Virus record (IMG/VR): IMGVR_UViG_3300004481_000138
Direction: 5' to 3' (one strand)
Length of the DNA stretch: 64,000 nt
DNA from: an uncultured virus (IMG/VR IMGVR_UViG_3300004481_000138)
Lineage: Duplodnaviria; Heunggongvirae; Uroviricota; Caudoviricetes
This document shows, piece after piece, positions 31,954 to 43,089 of this stretch. Within the stretch, counting starts at the first letter, position 1. Every line of letters starts with the position of its first letter. Under the pieces are notes generated by a model. The model was not told the DNA's origin. It ran no database searches and saw only the letters and a program-made list of their open reading frames with translations. A program made the position numbers and the translations under genes.

Positions 31954-34748
31954 ATTTAAAATTTTTTATTGGCATTCTAGTATTACTCCTATGCCTTCCA
32001 TTAGTATTAGGAGGTTTATTTAATCCGACACCTCCTCCTCCAATGATAGGTCCAACCGGACCACAAGGACCACAAGGTCCTGCAGGTCCTCCTGGAAATT
32101 ATTCCATAGGAGCAGGTTTGTTATTAGTTAATAATGGTACTGAGATACAAGTTAATTTTTCTATGATAAATGAATTGTATAATGATACTTATTTGATATT
32201 GTTTGTTAATAGTTCTCTTTCTGATAGAATTGATAGTATAGATAATGCTTTGGTAAATATTACTTTAAATATAAGTGAATTATATTCTAATGTTGACTCA
32301 TTAAATTTATCAATACAGGATTTATATGATACAAAACTTAATATTACAGACCAAAGATACAACGAAACATATTTAGTAATATTGGTTAATCAATCTTTAC
32401 AACAAGAAATACAAGATAGAATAAACAATGATACTTATCTTCAATCACAAATTGATTTAAAATTAAATATTGCAGACCAGAGATATAATGATACAATACT
32501 AATATATGCTATTAATCAATCTTTACAACAAGAAATACAAGATAGAATAAACAATGATACTTATCTTCAATCACAAATTGATAGTTTAGGTTTAGAGAAA
32601 TTAAATATTACAGACCAGAGATATAATGATACAGGATATATAAATAGTGTTTTAGGAAACTATTATAATAAAACAGAAAGTGATGGATTATATTATCCTC
32701 TCACCAATCCTGCAGGATATATTAATGAGAGTTTTGCTAACTCAACGTATTACCCCCAAAGTAATCCTGCAGGTTATATTAATAATACCGGGTTGAATGA
32801 GACGCTGAATAATACTTATGGTATATTTGTTCGTGTACCTGGTGATAGTATGACTGGTGACTTGAATATGACTAATAATAGTATTTATGGAGTTGACATT
32901 TTAGAGGTTCATAATATTACTGGCCGTTCACCAATATATGTTGATAGTCCAATTATTTCAAGGGATAGTATTAATGCAACAAATATATATGGTTCATTTT
33001 TTGGTGATATTAATGGACAAAATGGTACAATATTTGGTATGACTATAACTAATGGTACAATAACTAATATGCGTGTTATTGATAGTGCAGTTTTTAATAC
33101 TAGTTTATTACCTGAATTAAATAATACTTGGAGTCTTGGCGAGGGTCCTGATAAGTATTGGAAAAGTTTTTATGTCGGAGAATTATTTGCTGGGAATATT
33201 TCTTCACCTGATATATCTAATTTGTATAATATCACTTATTTGCTTGAACAGAATAAGCTTAATATTACAGACCAGCGTTATAATGATACCTATTATGCTG
33301 ATGAGATATGGATATATCGTATTACTACACCCACGAATATTACTGACTATTATACATTTTATTTTAATGAAACAAGACTTAATATAACTATACAATCTAT
33401 TATTCAAATAAATTATTATAATAAGACAGAGATAGATAATTTACTTAGCAATATTTCTCTAACACCTGGTCCTCCAGGTGCCAATGGTACTGATGGTATG
33501 AATGGAACTTCAGTTAATATTTCTTTAATAGTTGATAATCTTGATGGTACTTATACATGGTATTTTTCAGATGGATACAATTTTACTACATCAAATCTTA
33601 CAGGACCTCAAGGTATTCCAGGGCAGGACGGAGTGAATGGTACTAACGGTATTAATGGTACATCAGTAACAATTTCTAATGTTATAGATAATTTTGATGG
33701 TACATTTATATGGCAATTTAGTGATGGTTATAATTTTACTACTTCTAATCTTACAGGACCTCAAGGAATGCAAGGAATACAAGGTATTAACGGAACAAAT
33801 GGAGTAGATGGATTAAATGGTACTAGTGTAAATATGTCTTCAATAGTTAATAATGGTGATGGTACTTATACTTGGTATTTTTCGGATGGTTATAATTTTA
33901 CTACGAGTAATTTAACTGGTATGCAAGGTGTTCCTGGCGTTAATGGTACCAATGGTATGGATGGATTAAATGGTACTAACGGTATTAATGGTACATCAGT
34001 ATATTTTATCAATATAACTAATAATAATAATGGTACTTATACATGGTATTTTTCAGATGGATATAATTTCACTACTGGAAATCTTACAGGTCCTCAAGGG
34101 GTACAAGGTATACAAGGTGTTAATGGTACCAATGGAATAAACGGTACATCTTTTGATGTATCTGGTCCTTATTTGTATGATAATGGTAGTAATGTGATAT
34201 TTTTTAATGATTCAGCATTACCATATTATAATATTACATATATTGAACAAAATTATTATAATACAACATATATTGAAGTAAATTATTATAATATGACATA
34301 TATAGATGAATTAATAAGTATTTTAAATCAAAGTATTAAGCAACCAACAGGACCTTATTTATCTTGGGATAATACAACATTTTGGATTAATGAAACATAT
34401 TTAAATAGGACTATAAATAATATAAGTAAGATAAGAAAGTTAGTATATAATATGTCTTGTACAACAGTAAGTGGATTATGTTCCAACATATCATCAATAA
34501 ATATATCATATGCCATAATTGAGATTAAAGTTGTTCCAACAACTCTTACAACAAATTATAGGTTTGAAATGACTGAATATCCATATACAACAAATATTAT
34601 AGATAAAAATAGAGTTGCTCATAATGGAATTTGGGATATAGAGAAAAACTATGCAATAAACGGACAAGTACAAGCAAATATAACAAATGCTAATAATGAT
34701 GAATTATTTACTATATCAACAATATACTTATATAATGGGGTAGAATAA
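31950..34748 (+). CDS. Secreted collagen-like fibre protein
   Basis: Signal peptide; Gly-X-Y runs; four GT(Y/F)xW(Y/Q)FSDGYNFTTxNLTG repeats; LNIxDQRYN repeats; 69-nt direct repeat at 32388 and 32514. Confidence 0.75.
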   Translation: MNLKFFIGILVLLLCLPLVLGGLFNPTPPPPMIGPTGPQGPQGPAGPPGNYSIGAGLLLVNNGTEIQVNFSMINELYNDTYLILFVNSSLSDRIDSIDNALVNITLNISELYSNVDSLNLSIQDLYDTKLNITDQRYNETYLVILVNQSLQQEIQDRINNDTYLQSQIDLKLNIADQRYNDTILIYAINQSLQQEIQDRINNDTYLQSQIDSLGLEKLNITDQRYNDTGYINSVLGNYYNKTESDGLYYPLTNPAGYINESFANSTYYPQSNPAGYINNTGLNETLNNTYGIFVRVPGDSMTGDLNMTNNSIYGVDILEVHNITGRSPIYVDSPIISRDSINATNIYGSFFGDINGQNGTIFGMTITNGTITNMRVIDSAVFNTSLLPELNNTWSLGEGPDKYWKSFYVGELFAGNISSPDISNLYNITYLLEQNKLNITDQRYNDTYYADEIWIYRITTPTNITDYYTFYFNETRLNITIQSIIQINYYNKTEIDNLLSNISLTPGPPGANGTDGMNGTSVNISLIVDNLDGTYTWYFSDGYNFTTSNLTGPQGIPGQDGVNGTNGINGTSVTISNVIDNFDGTFIWQFSDGYNFTTSNLTGPQGMQGIQGINGTNGVDGLNGTSVNMSSIVNNGDGTYTWYFSDGYNFTTSNLTGMQGVPGVNGTNGMDGLNGTNGINGTSVYFINITNNNNGTYTWYFSDGYNFTTGNLTGPQGVQGIQGVNGTNGINGTSFDVSGPYLYDNGSNVIFFNDSALPYYNITYIEQNYYNTTYIEVNYYNMTYIDELISILNQSIKQPTGPYLSWDNTTFWINETYLNRTINNISKIRKLVYNMSCTTVSGLCSNISSINISYAIIEIKVVPTTLTTNYRFEMTEYPYTTNIIDKNRVAHNGIWDIEKNYAINGQVQANITNANNDELFTISTIYLYNGVE

Positions 34749-34749
34749 A

Positions 34750-37700
34750 ATGCATAAAATTATTATTGGAATAATATTTTTACTAGCCATGGCTAGCGTA
34801 TATGCAACACAGCCTACACAACAATATAATAAGATATTACTCACCCCATTCTATATTAATGCTATGACGCAGAATATTCAATACAATTATACTGTAAATG
34901 TGAATACTCCTGACGGTATATCACAAGTCAAGACTGCTATATTAACGCTTGATGCATGGATTAATCCTACGAGGACTTTTAATGCATGGATGAATAATAT
35001 CCAATGCAATACTGCAAATTATACTATCTCAACAACGTATGCTTCTGCTGGCCGTGGAGTGGTCACTTTTGACTGTACCAATGCTATACTGCCTAATCAG
35101 GAGAATACTGTAAGGTTTGTAGTTACTGGAGGTAATATTGGTGCTTCTACTGCGTGGCTCGACTTGACTTATATGAATAATCCTCAAGGTACTACAGATA
35201 TCTTTGGTACTGAATATACTGAGGGTGATGATGCAACAATATTCTTGTTATTGAAAGATGCTAGCGGGATTGCTGTTTCTAATGCTACATGCATCGTTGA
35301 CATCTATTACCCGAATATCGCTAACCAGTCGCATCCTGAATGGATAGATAATGCGTTGATGATATATAAGGAGGAAGGATTGTATTATTATGACTTCACT
35401 GTGCCGCTCATTACCGGATTGTATATGGTGAATGCGCAATGTACATATATCACGGAAAACAACCAATATTATACATTAGAGTCTGGTAAGTCGCCTACAA
35501 GGAATGTTACTGCTGGAACTTATGTTGGAGATACTTTTGTGTTGAATGATTACCAAGAATGGCTTTATACACAATGTGATTCTTCTGGCGGTACTAAATT
35601 ATGTGATGCATGGTATCAATGGAATATCACTACATCATCTCTCGGCAATGTCACCAAGCTTTATGTACAATATCTTGGCGAGAATAGTGGCGCAAACCCT
35701 TTGACGCTTTACTGGTGGAATTGGTCTAATAATTCGTGGGTTGCATTACCAAATACTTTGACATTCAAGGCTACAGGTGCTGGTGGCGTACCTAGCGGTG
35801 TGGATGAGTATTTATCTAACGAGATACCAATAGCAGCTATTGGTAATGGAAGCAATACTGGACTTGTGAGAGTGCGTACATATACTACGTCTGGAAGCAC
35901 TTTTAAGCAGTGGGATAACTGGCTGGCACTGCGCACTACACGGTATGCGTCTGTTATTCAAGACCTTAAAGGTAGCGGAGAGGTGCATGTCACGAGTGCG
36001 CCTACTGGCGAGAATCGTTTCTTTAAGGTATTAACATGCGACGGCTTCATAGACGGCCGCTGCGACTTCTTCACAGATGATGCAGAATTCGACCTTCTAG
36101 AGGGTGAGCTTGAAGGCTTCTTAAACATTAGTGCTACATCTACCAAGAGTGATATTTCTATAAGCTTTAATACACCATTCGCTGTTGATTGTACTGCACT
36201 TTATTGGATTAGGGAATGGAACGGTACTGATTGGGTTGATTTTGAAGATTACGACCTTTATTCGCAGCCTGCTTATGAGAATTGTATAATCACGCTGCAT
36301 AAAAATATTGTTTCTGGTACAACATATGATTTCTGGTATAAGATGGATAATTATATGAAGTGGGAGGTTGATTGGACGAAGAAGGTGAGTGATAGTATAA
36401 ATACGAGCGTTGCGCCATTATGTAGTAATAAGAACTTCACTTATGATGTACCAATCACTGAGTCTACACCAACAACTAATGATAGCATCACTGATTTCTG
36501 CTACCAATTCTATGATGACCAGTACTGGATAAATAGCTATTATAGCGATAGCTTGGGCGTAGATATTGCTGGCGAGTATGCATCATATGTGCAGGAAATG
36601 CGCTACTACCGCAACGCCATATTCAATAGGTATATGTTCTTAGTGCTCGGTAACAATACTGGGTTGATGAGCGATTATTATGCTGAGAAAGTATGGAATC
36701 ATCCTGTAAGGAATCTTACATATTACCAAAATTTTAGTGTTGTACAGCAGGACATGACAAATTATACTCGTATTAATGAAGGTGTATGGAATAATAGTAT
36801 CAGGAATTTGACATATTACCCTCCACAGGTAGATATGACTAATTATACTAGGATAGATGAAACAATTTATGCTATTAATCAGAGCATATTCACTAGTATG
36901 TTATCTTATTATATGGATATATTGAACTTTATCCCTGGACTAGTATGGAATTATACTGATAGGAATCTAACATATTATCCTATACAAGTAGACTTGACAA
37001 ATTATACACTAATTAATCAAGGAGTGTGGACTTATAATAATCGTACATTAACATATTATGAACACACGGACATGACTAATTATACACTTATTAATGAGGG
37101 TGTATGGGCATACACTACTAGGAACCTGACATATTATCCCACACAAGAGGATTTAACAAACTATACTAATGTGGCCGTTAATGTATGGACATACATTACA
37201 AGGAATCTAACATATTATCCTCCAGTAAGTAATCTAACTGCACAAGATGTTTGGGAATATAGTAATAGGAACTTAACATATTATCCAGCACAAGTAGACC
37301 TAACAAATTATAGTTTGATTAATGAGGGTGTTTGGACATATGGTATAAGGAATTTAACATATTATGAAGATAAGACAAATTATACACAAATAACAGATAC
37401 AGTACCTACAGCAGTATGGACATATACAACAAGGAATCTAACATACTATCCACCACAAGTTGATTTAACTAATTATACATTAATAAATGAAGGTGTATCA
37501 ATTGCTGTTTGGGTTTATGGAACAAGGAATCTAACATACTATCCAACAGTTAGTAATCTTACAGCTGAAGACGTTTGGACTTATGTAACAAGAAATTTAA
37601 CGTATTACGAAAACTTTACAATATCACAAATAGATTTGACTAATTACAGTAAGATAAGTAATCTTACTGCTTTAGATGTTTGGGAATATATCAATCGTAA

Positions 37701-38436
37701 TTTAACATATTATCCAAACATGACAGTGAATACACAAGTAGTTAATGTTGATAATGTAACTGTGATTACACAAAACGTGACTGTACAGAATGTAACTGTG
37801 ATTACACAAAACGTGACAGTACAAAACGTGACTGTTAATGTACAGAATATAAGTGTTGATTATGGTATAATAGCAAGTAATGTTTGGAATTATACAGATA
37901 GAAACTTAACATACTATCCACAACAACAGGATTTGACTAATTATAGTTTGATATATGAAGGTGTTTGGCTATATAACATAAGGAACTTGACATATTATCC
38001 AGCACAACAGGATTTGACAAATTATAGTTTGATAAATGAGGGTGTTTGGACATACTTTAACAGGAATTTAACGTATTATGAAGCAAATAACATAACACCA
38101 AGTGATGTGTGGAATTATGGAACAAGGAACTTGACGTATTATCCAGTACAAAATGATATGACTAATTACACGTTAATCACCGAAAACGTGTGGAATTACA
38201 ACAACAGGACATTAACATACTACGAGATAAATAACATAACATCTAACGAGATTTGGGGCTATATCAACAGGACATTAACGTATTATGAGGTAAATAATAT
38301 AACAGCACAGGATATATGGGTTTATAACAACCGTACTTTGACATATTATCCAACAACAGATATAAATGATACAGCAATAGCAGAAACCGTATGGAATTAT
38401 ACTGCAAGGTATGCACACGGTATCATTTATTCATAA
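34750..38436 (+). CDS. Secreted repeat glycoprotein (fibre/stalk-like)
   Basis: Signal peptide; 19 copies of (V/I)WxxxxR(N/T)LTYY in the C-terminal half. Confidence 0.7.
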   Translation: MHKIIIGIIFLLAMASVYATQPTQQYNKILLTPFYINAMTQNIQYNYTVNVNTPDGISQVKTAILTLDAWINPTRTFNAWMNNIQCNTANYTISTTYASAGRGVVTFDCTNAILPNQENTVRFVVTGGNIGASTAWLDLTYMNNPQGTTDIFGTEYTEGDDATIFLLLKDASGIAVSNATCIVDIYYPNIANQSHPEWIDNALMIYKEEGLYYYDFTVPLITGLYMVNAQCTYITENNQYYTLESGKSPTRNVTAGTYVGDTFVLNDYQEWLYTQCDSSGGTKLCDAWYQWNITTSSLGNVTKLYVQYLGENSGANPLTLYWWNWSNNSWVALPNTLTFKATGAGGVPSGVDEYLSNEIPIAAIGNGSNTGLVRVRTYTTSGSTFKQWDNWLALRTTRYASVIQDLKGSGEVHVTSAPTGENRFFKVLTCDGFIDGRCDFFTDDAEFDLLEGELEGFLNISATSTKSDISISFNTPFAVDCTALYWIREWNGTDWVDFEDYDLYSQPAYENCIITLHKNIVSGTTYDFWYKMDNYMKWEVDWTKKVSDSINTSVAPLCSNKNFTYDVPITESTPTTNDSITDFCYQFYDDQYWINSYYSDSLGVDIAGEYASYVQEMRYYRNAIFNRYMFLVLGNNTGLMSDYYAEKVWNHPVRNLTYYQNFSVVQQDMTNYTRINEGVWNNSIRNLTYYPPQVDMTNYTRIDETIYAINQSIFTSMLSYYMDILNFIPGLVWNYTDRNLTYYPIQVDLTNYTLINQGVWTYNNRTLTYYEHTDMTNYTLINEGVWAYTTRNLTYYPTQEDLTNYTNVAVNVWTYITRNLTYYPPVSNLTAQDVWEYSNRNLTYYPAQVDLTNYSLINEGVWTYGIRNLTYYEDKTNYTQITDTVPTAVWTYTTRNLTYYPPQVDLTNYTLINEGVSIAVWVYGTRNLTYYPTVSNLTAEDVWTYVTRNLTYYENFTISQIDLTNYSKISNLTALDVWEYINRNLTYYPNMTVNTQVVNVDNVTVITQNVTVQNVTVITQNVTVQNVTVNVQNISVDYGIIASNVWNYTDRNLTYYPQQQDLTNYSLIYEGVWLYNIRNLTYYPAQQDLTNYSLINEGVWTYFNRNLTYYEANNITPSDVWNYGTRNLTYYPVQNDMTNYTLITENVWNYNNRTLTYYEINNITSNEIWGYINRTLTYYEVNNITAQDIWVYNNRTLTYYPTTDINDTAIAETVWNYTARYAHGIIYS

Positions 38437-38480
38437 GTTTTATAAATAATAAGGTTTTTAAGTAGTTTTTAGGACGCCAG

Positions 38481-39080
38481 ATGAGAACTCCAACATTCAG
38501 TGAGTACACGAGACAGAATGAAAAACCACAACAAATAGTGCAACCAATGACAGAAAATATGCCACCAGAGGCACAAATGATGCCAGTACCTATGCAGCCA
38601 GACCCACAAGGTTTGGCTCCTAGGCAGGACAACCCGTTTGCCTTACAACGGTATAATAATGTAATGGTGCCTGATGCGCCATTACAGTTTGGTGGCGGTT
38701 TAACGGAATCCTTATTAAATGATAATGAGGTTCCTGAGGAGACAAGAAAGAAACATTGGTGGGTTTTTCATAAAGATAATACATTAACATTCTTGGATGA
38801 AGAACGTAAACGTATGAAGTTACTAAGTTTTGACATAGCAAAGATTGATATACTAAACACAATGCCATACTATGACTATACCTTTGACGAGGAATTACAA
38901 TTTACTATCCTAAGAAATGTGTTCGAGACGAAACTAGACAGAGCGCTAGGATTCAAGGGAACAGCACAGAAAAATGAGCGTATAGTACTACAAAGTCAAT
39001 TCCAGGAGAGTAGGCAGATTAATGACAATGAAGGTCAAATCAAAGAAGGTTTTTTCAAGCGTCTTTTGGGCAGACGTTAG
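38481..39080 (+). CDS. Hypothetical protein
   Basis: 199-aa ORF behind promoter-like TCATAAGTTTTATAAA. Confidence 0.55.
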   Translation: MRTPTFSEYTRQNEKPQQIVQPMTENMPPEAQMMPVPMQPDPQGLAPRQDNPFALQRYNNVMVPDAPLQFGGGLTESLLNDNEVPEETRKKHWWVFHKDNTLTFLDEERKRMKLLSFDIAKIDILNTMPYYDYTFDEELQFTILRNVFETKLDRALGFKGTAQKNERIVLQSQFQESRQINDNEGQIKEGFFKRLLGRR

Positions 39081-39109
39081 TGCAATAAAGAAATTTTGAG
39101 GGGTAAATA

Positions 39110-39778
39110 ATGGCAGGCACAAGTTTTTTAACTAATATCTACCTATGGATAGGAATTTCATTAGTATTCATACTTCTCTTCTTCTTGTTGCTAATCTTCC
39201 TAATCATCATAGCCAAGAAAACACACGCTATCATTGAACTTAAAGCCTGGTTTAAAGGAAAGCCAATTGCATTGTTCTTCCTTGAGAACAGGTATTGTGA
39301 ATGGAAGCCTGTTGCCGTAGAGGCTGGAATAATACAGGATAAAGATTATGGCGCCTTCATTGTGAATGAAAAAGCCACTTATATTGACAGGAAAACTAAG
39401 GCAGTCTTGCTTCCTTTTGATGCAAGTGTATCACCAGGTATAAATGTTCATGCTGCTAAGTTGATGGACGACCTTGCATATATAATACAGGATGAGGAGG
39501 AGTTTAAGAAGCTGCGTTGGGCGATTGCTAATAATGCGATTGATGAGGCAGAGCCTATTATGGGTTTGAGGACTACGATTAATTTTGGGGCAATAAAAAA
39601 CATGATGTCAGCTTTAGTGCCTCATAATATTAATGCTAAGATTGAAAAAGTTATTGCAGCGAGGCTTAAAAATTATGGTGCGGTTAATATTCCTCAAGTT
39701 GCCTTATTGTTTGCTGCTATCTTTGGTGCTATATTGCTTGGTGCGCTTATTATTAAGTTAGCGTTTCCAAAAAAGTGA
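39110..39778 (+). CDS. Membrane protein with N- and C-terminal TM helices
   Basis: Hydrophobic termini flanking a soluble domain. Confidence 0.55.
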   Translation: MAGTSFLTNIYLWIGISLVFILLFFLLLIFLIIIAKKTHAIIELKAWFKGKPIALFFLENRYCEWKPVAVEAGIIQDKDYGAFIVNEKATYIDRKTKAVLLPFDASVSPGINVHAAKLMDDLAYIIQDEEEFKKLRWAIANNAIDEAEPIMGLRTTINFGAIKNMMSALVPHNINAKIEKVIAARLKNYGAVNIPQVALLFAAIFGAILLGALIIKLAFPKK

Positions 39779-39791
39779 TGAGAGGTAACTA

Positions 39792-40475
39792 ATGGCTATT
39801 AATCAAAATCCGGTACCAGCAGCCGGCTTTCGGTTTAACAGTTTTGAGGAGATAAAAAGTCATTCGTCTATCCTTTACAATGAAAGAATGGCTATTCTCT
39901 TTTATATTTTGGATATGAAATCTATAAGTATGAACACTAATTATAATGTTAATGATATACTTGAAGTTCGTGCAGTACTCAAACAAATTTATAATAATGT
40001 AAGAATGTTAATACGTTTTAATCCAACTTGTCGTGCTACATTAAATCTTGATACCAAGGATGATGGAATATATATTACTGATGTAGCATTAAGTACTATT
40101 GATAGAATGATTGAATATTGTGAGACTGGAGGGTATACTATTAGGAAGGTATATATTATAGTGCAGGAGATTAATCGTGTACAAACACTTTTGCGTGATA
40201 TCCTACAATATTTTCATTATTTTATACGTCCTGATTTCAGACAAAAACCTGATATCGATGTGGCAACATCTCAATACCAACAAATAGCTGATTTAACAAC
40301 TGTTGAAGAATTGCGTGCTTTAGTTGGCAGGAATAATTTAATTGATTTTGAGAGTCTTGGTAGTTCAAGGATTGAACTACAACAAGCTGAGGAATTAGAG
40401 GAAAGTCCTGAAAGTCTTGCAGAGTTAGAAGCCGACAACAACATTGCTGGTGAGACTGATGAAAAGAGTATGTGA
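39792..40475 (+). CDS. Hypothetical helical protein with acidic tail
   Basis: GAGGT RBS, 227 aa. Confidence 0.55.
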   Translation: MAINQNPVPAAGFRFNSFEEIKSHSSILYNERMAILFYILDMKSISMNTNYNVNDILEVRAVLKQIYNNVRMLIRFNPTCRATLNLDTKDDGIYITDVALSTIDRMIEYCETGGYTIRKVYIIVQEINRVQTLLRDILQYFHYFIRPDFRQKPDIDVATSQYQQIADLTTVEELRALVGRNNLIDFESLGSSRIELQQAEELEESPESLAELEADNNIAGETDEKSM

Positions 40476-41310
40476 TATATGTAATAAAGAATTTGAAACA
40501 TCACAATATAATAAAAAACATTGCAGTAAAAAATGTTCTAATATAAATAAACAAGAAAAATTAAAGCAATGGTTTTTAAAAAATAAAAAAGAAGTTTATG
40601 AAAAATTTGAGATTAAATGTGATATATGTAGTAAAATATTTTTTGGTAAAAAAAATCAAAAAAGATGTAGTAATAAATGTGCGCATATAAATAAATTACA
40701 AAATATTAATAAGAAAAGTTATGAAAATAATAAAGAAAAATATTTAAAAAAGAGAATAGAAAAAACGTGTGATATTTGTAATAAATTATTTTTAGGTGAT
40801 TTAACACAAAAAAGGTGTAGTATAAAATGTTCAAAAAAAGCAGGATTAAGGAGAGATTGGAATAGATATTTAGAGAATAAGGAAGAAAATGATAAAAAAA
40901 TAAAAACTAGAAATTTAAAAAATATTGACCATATGAGAAAAGTAAATAGAGAATATGCAAAATTAAAAAGAAAAAATGATGTAAATTTTAAAATTGCACA
41001 TAATTGTAGAATAAGAATAAGAGGAATGTTAAAAGTTAAAAATATAAAAAAATCATTACATAGTAGAGAATTAATTGGATGTTCCCCACAATTTTTTAAA
41101 GAACATTTAGAAAATCAGTTCAAGCCCGGTATGGCTTGGAGTAATTATAATTTTTATGGTTGGCATATTGACCATAAAATACCTTTGTCAAATTTTGATT
41201 TAACTAAAGAAGAGGAACAAAAAAGAGCTTTTCATTATTCTAATTGTCAACCGCTTTGGATGTGTGATAATTTGGTTAAGAGTGATAAATATGAAAGCAC
41301 ACCTAACTGA
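40459..41310 (+). CDS. HNH-type homing endonuclease-like protein with three Cys4 repeats
   Basis: Three CDIC..CSxKC units; C-terminal WHIDHKIP..FHYSNCQPLW..NL, paralogous to 30124..30624. Confidence 0.75.
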   Translation: MKRVCDICNKEFETSQYNKKHCSKKCSNINKQEKLKQWFLKNKKEVYEKFEIKCDICSKIFFGKKNQKRCSNKCAHINKLQNINKKSYENNKEKYLKKRIEKTCDICNKLFLGDLTQKRCSIKCSKKAGLRRDWNRYLENKEENDKKIKTRNLKNIDHMRKVNREYAKLKRKNDVNFKIAHNCRIRIRGMLKVKNIKKSLHSRELIGCSPQFFKEHLENQFKPGMAWSNYNFYGWHIDHKIPLSNFDLTKEEEQKRAFHYSNCQPLWMCDNLVKSDKYESTPN

Positions 41311-42214
41311 TTTGTCAATGTATAAGCTTTGGTTGGGGGAAAAACGTAATCTTTCTGCAAGCAGCATTCATGTTTATTGTGAGGCTGTTGAACGTTTTTT
41401 AAAAACAGACCCCGACATAGATAGTTTAGAATGCTATAATAATTTTATTATTGAGCATGCTATAAAAAAGCGTTGCTATCATTATTATAGTGCGTTGAAA
41501 GCATTTATTGAATACAAAATTGCTGATGCCAACATCCGTGCTAGATTGATTGATAATATGATACGTGCACAAATGAATAGTGATATCAAGATGGAAAGGA
41601 AGTATTTATCTGAGGAAGAAATACTTGAGGTAGTCAACCATATTAAACAGTCTAAGCATAGAGTGATTGCACTGATACAAATGCTTACGGGCGTGCGTGC
41701 TGGCGATGTATTACGTTTAAAGCGTGATAATATTATGCCTGAGGAATATAAGGGGCATCCTGTACTCCGTATTAATATAACTGGTAAGGGTAAAAAACGT
41801 AATGTTATTTTTATTCATGATGAGATTGCTCAAGAAGTTATTATGGATTATATTACACAAATTTATAATCATGATGAATATTATTTTATTGAGCTAGGCA
41901 GGATGAAAGGTAGAAAGGGTGATATTACTAATGAATTTAAATTACAAAAAATGAATTATAATTGGTATTGGGCTGATGTTAAAGAGGCATTACAGAGTTG
42001 TGGTATTAATTTTAAAGACTGGGCAACACACGACTTTCGTAGAGGTTATGCCAGACGTGCATGGGAGAAATGGAAGGATATACATATTTTACAGAGTTTA
42101 TTAAACCATTCCAATCCTGCAGTTACATTAAGATATTTATCACAATCAGGATTACGGAATGTTGACTACCATTATGAGATGCAAATGGGGAATAATAAAG
42201 AAGTAAAACAATAA
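41291..42214 (+). CDS. int: Tyrosine recombinase/integrase
   Basis: TGVRAGD (R), GKGKKR (K), HDFRR (HxxR), LNHSN..T.RY (H, Y). Confidence 0.9.
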   Translation: MKAHLTDLSMYKLWLGEKRNLSASSIHVYCEAVERFLKTDPDIDSLECYNNFIIEHAIKKRCYHYYSALKAFIEYKIADANIRARLIDNMIRAQMNSDIKMERKYLSEEEILEVVNHIKQSKHRVIALIQMLTGVRAGDVLRLKRDNIMPEEYKGHPVLRINITGKGKKRNVIFIHDEIAQEVIMDYITQIYNHDEYYFIELGRMKGRKGDITNEFKLQKMNYNWYWADVKEALQSCGINFKDWATHDFRRGYARRAWEKWKDIHILQSLLNHSNPAVTLRYLSQSGLRNVDYHYEMQMGNNKEVKQ

Positions 42215-42232
42215 ATATATATATAAATGACC
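42213..42232 (+). promoter_or_regulatory. TATATAAATGACC promoter upstream of the small-protein array
   Basis: Identical 20-mer to 30862-30881. Confidence 0.65.
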
Positions 42233-42383
42233 TTATATATTAAATATTAGCGTAGGTGATTTTGTTGAAATTCAAGGATAGATTTACAGATAGAAATATT
42301 AGTTATGAATGGCCGTTGAGAATTGTTGGACATAAGGTAATAATTCCAAAAAATGATAGTTATAAGTTTACAAGGTGATGAAA

Positions 42384-42590
42384 ATGGGTTGTAAAGTAAT
42401 AAGAAATATTTTAGGTAAAGATGTTAGTAAGAATAGAAAAGATAATAATAATTTAGTATGGTCTCCAAAATCAAAAAGATTGGTTAGATATGAGAGACCA
42501 AATTATAAAAAAGATGAAGATTTAGAAGGTAAAGATTTAGAATTAAAATATCCTAGAGGTGTATATAAGAGGCGAATAAAAAATGGTTAG
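42384..42590 (+). CDS. Small basic protein with ILG-x-D N-terminal tag
   Basis: MGCKVIRNILGKDVSKNR; GGTGA RBS. Confidence 0.55.
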   Translation: MGCKVIRNILGKDVSKNRKDNNNLVWSPKSKRLVRYERPNYKKDEDLEGKDLELKYPRGVYKRRIKNG

Positions 42591-42807
42591 AGATATTTCA
42601 TCAAGTGAGGTAACAAGCAGTATTGGCGAGAGCGGAGTTCCTTATTCACAAGAATTCCAATCACGTATTATACGTCATGTGATGGACAAATATAATTTTT
42701 CTAGAGAGGAAGCAAGACAATTTGTTACACGAGCGAGAAGCCAAGGTGCCTATACTGATGCAGACTATCTGCAGTTGGCTAGAAGGCGAAAACAATGGTG
42801 ATTTAAA

Positions 42808-43077
42808 ATGAACCCAATAAAAAAGATATTAGGATACGATGTAGGAAAGAATAGAGTAGGATATACAGTAAAAGGAAAGGCTGTCATTCCAGGAAAAATG
42901 TATGATGAAAATGTAAATTTATTACGTTTACCAGAAGGACACGAATTCAATTCAGAAGGAACAAAATATAAATATTATTCACGTAGTCCTTTACTTTGTC
43001 CAAGTTGTGATAATCCATTAGTTGGTATTAAAACAGGAAAAAATTCATTTAAATTAATTTGTACAAATTGTCAATAG
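42808..43077 (+). CDS. Small basic protein with ILG-x-D tag and C-terminal Zn ribbon
   Basis: MNPIKKILGYDVGKNR; CPSC..CTNC. Confidence 0.6.
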   Translation: MNPIKKILGYDVGKNRVGYTVKGKAVIPGKMYDENVNLLRLPEGHEFNSEGTKYKYYSRSPLLCPSCDNPLVGIKTGKNSFKLICTNCQ

Positions 43078-43089
43078 AGGTAAAAGAAA

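Noticed and set aside
13229..38436. Head-tail (Caudoviricetes) structural module
   Set aside because: No terminase, portal, HK97 capsid or tail-tube motifs seen; the structural genes are membrane or secreted glycoproteins
41291..42300. attP/att site near the integrase
   Set aside because: No direct repeat or tRNA 3' fragment recognisable beside or within int; cannot be called without the host genome
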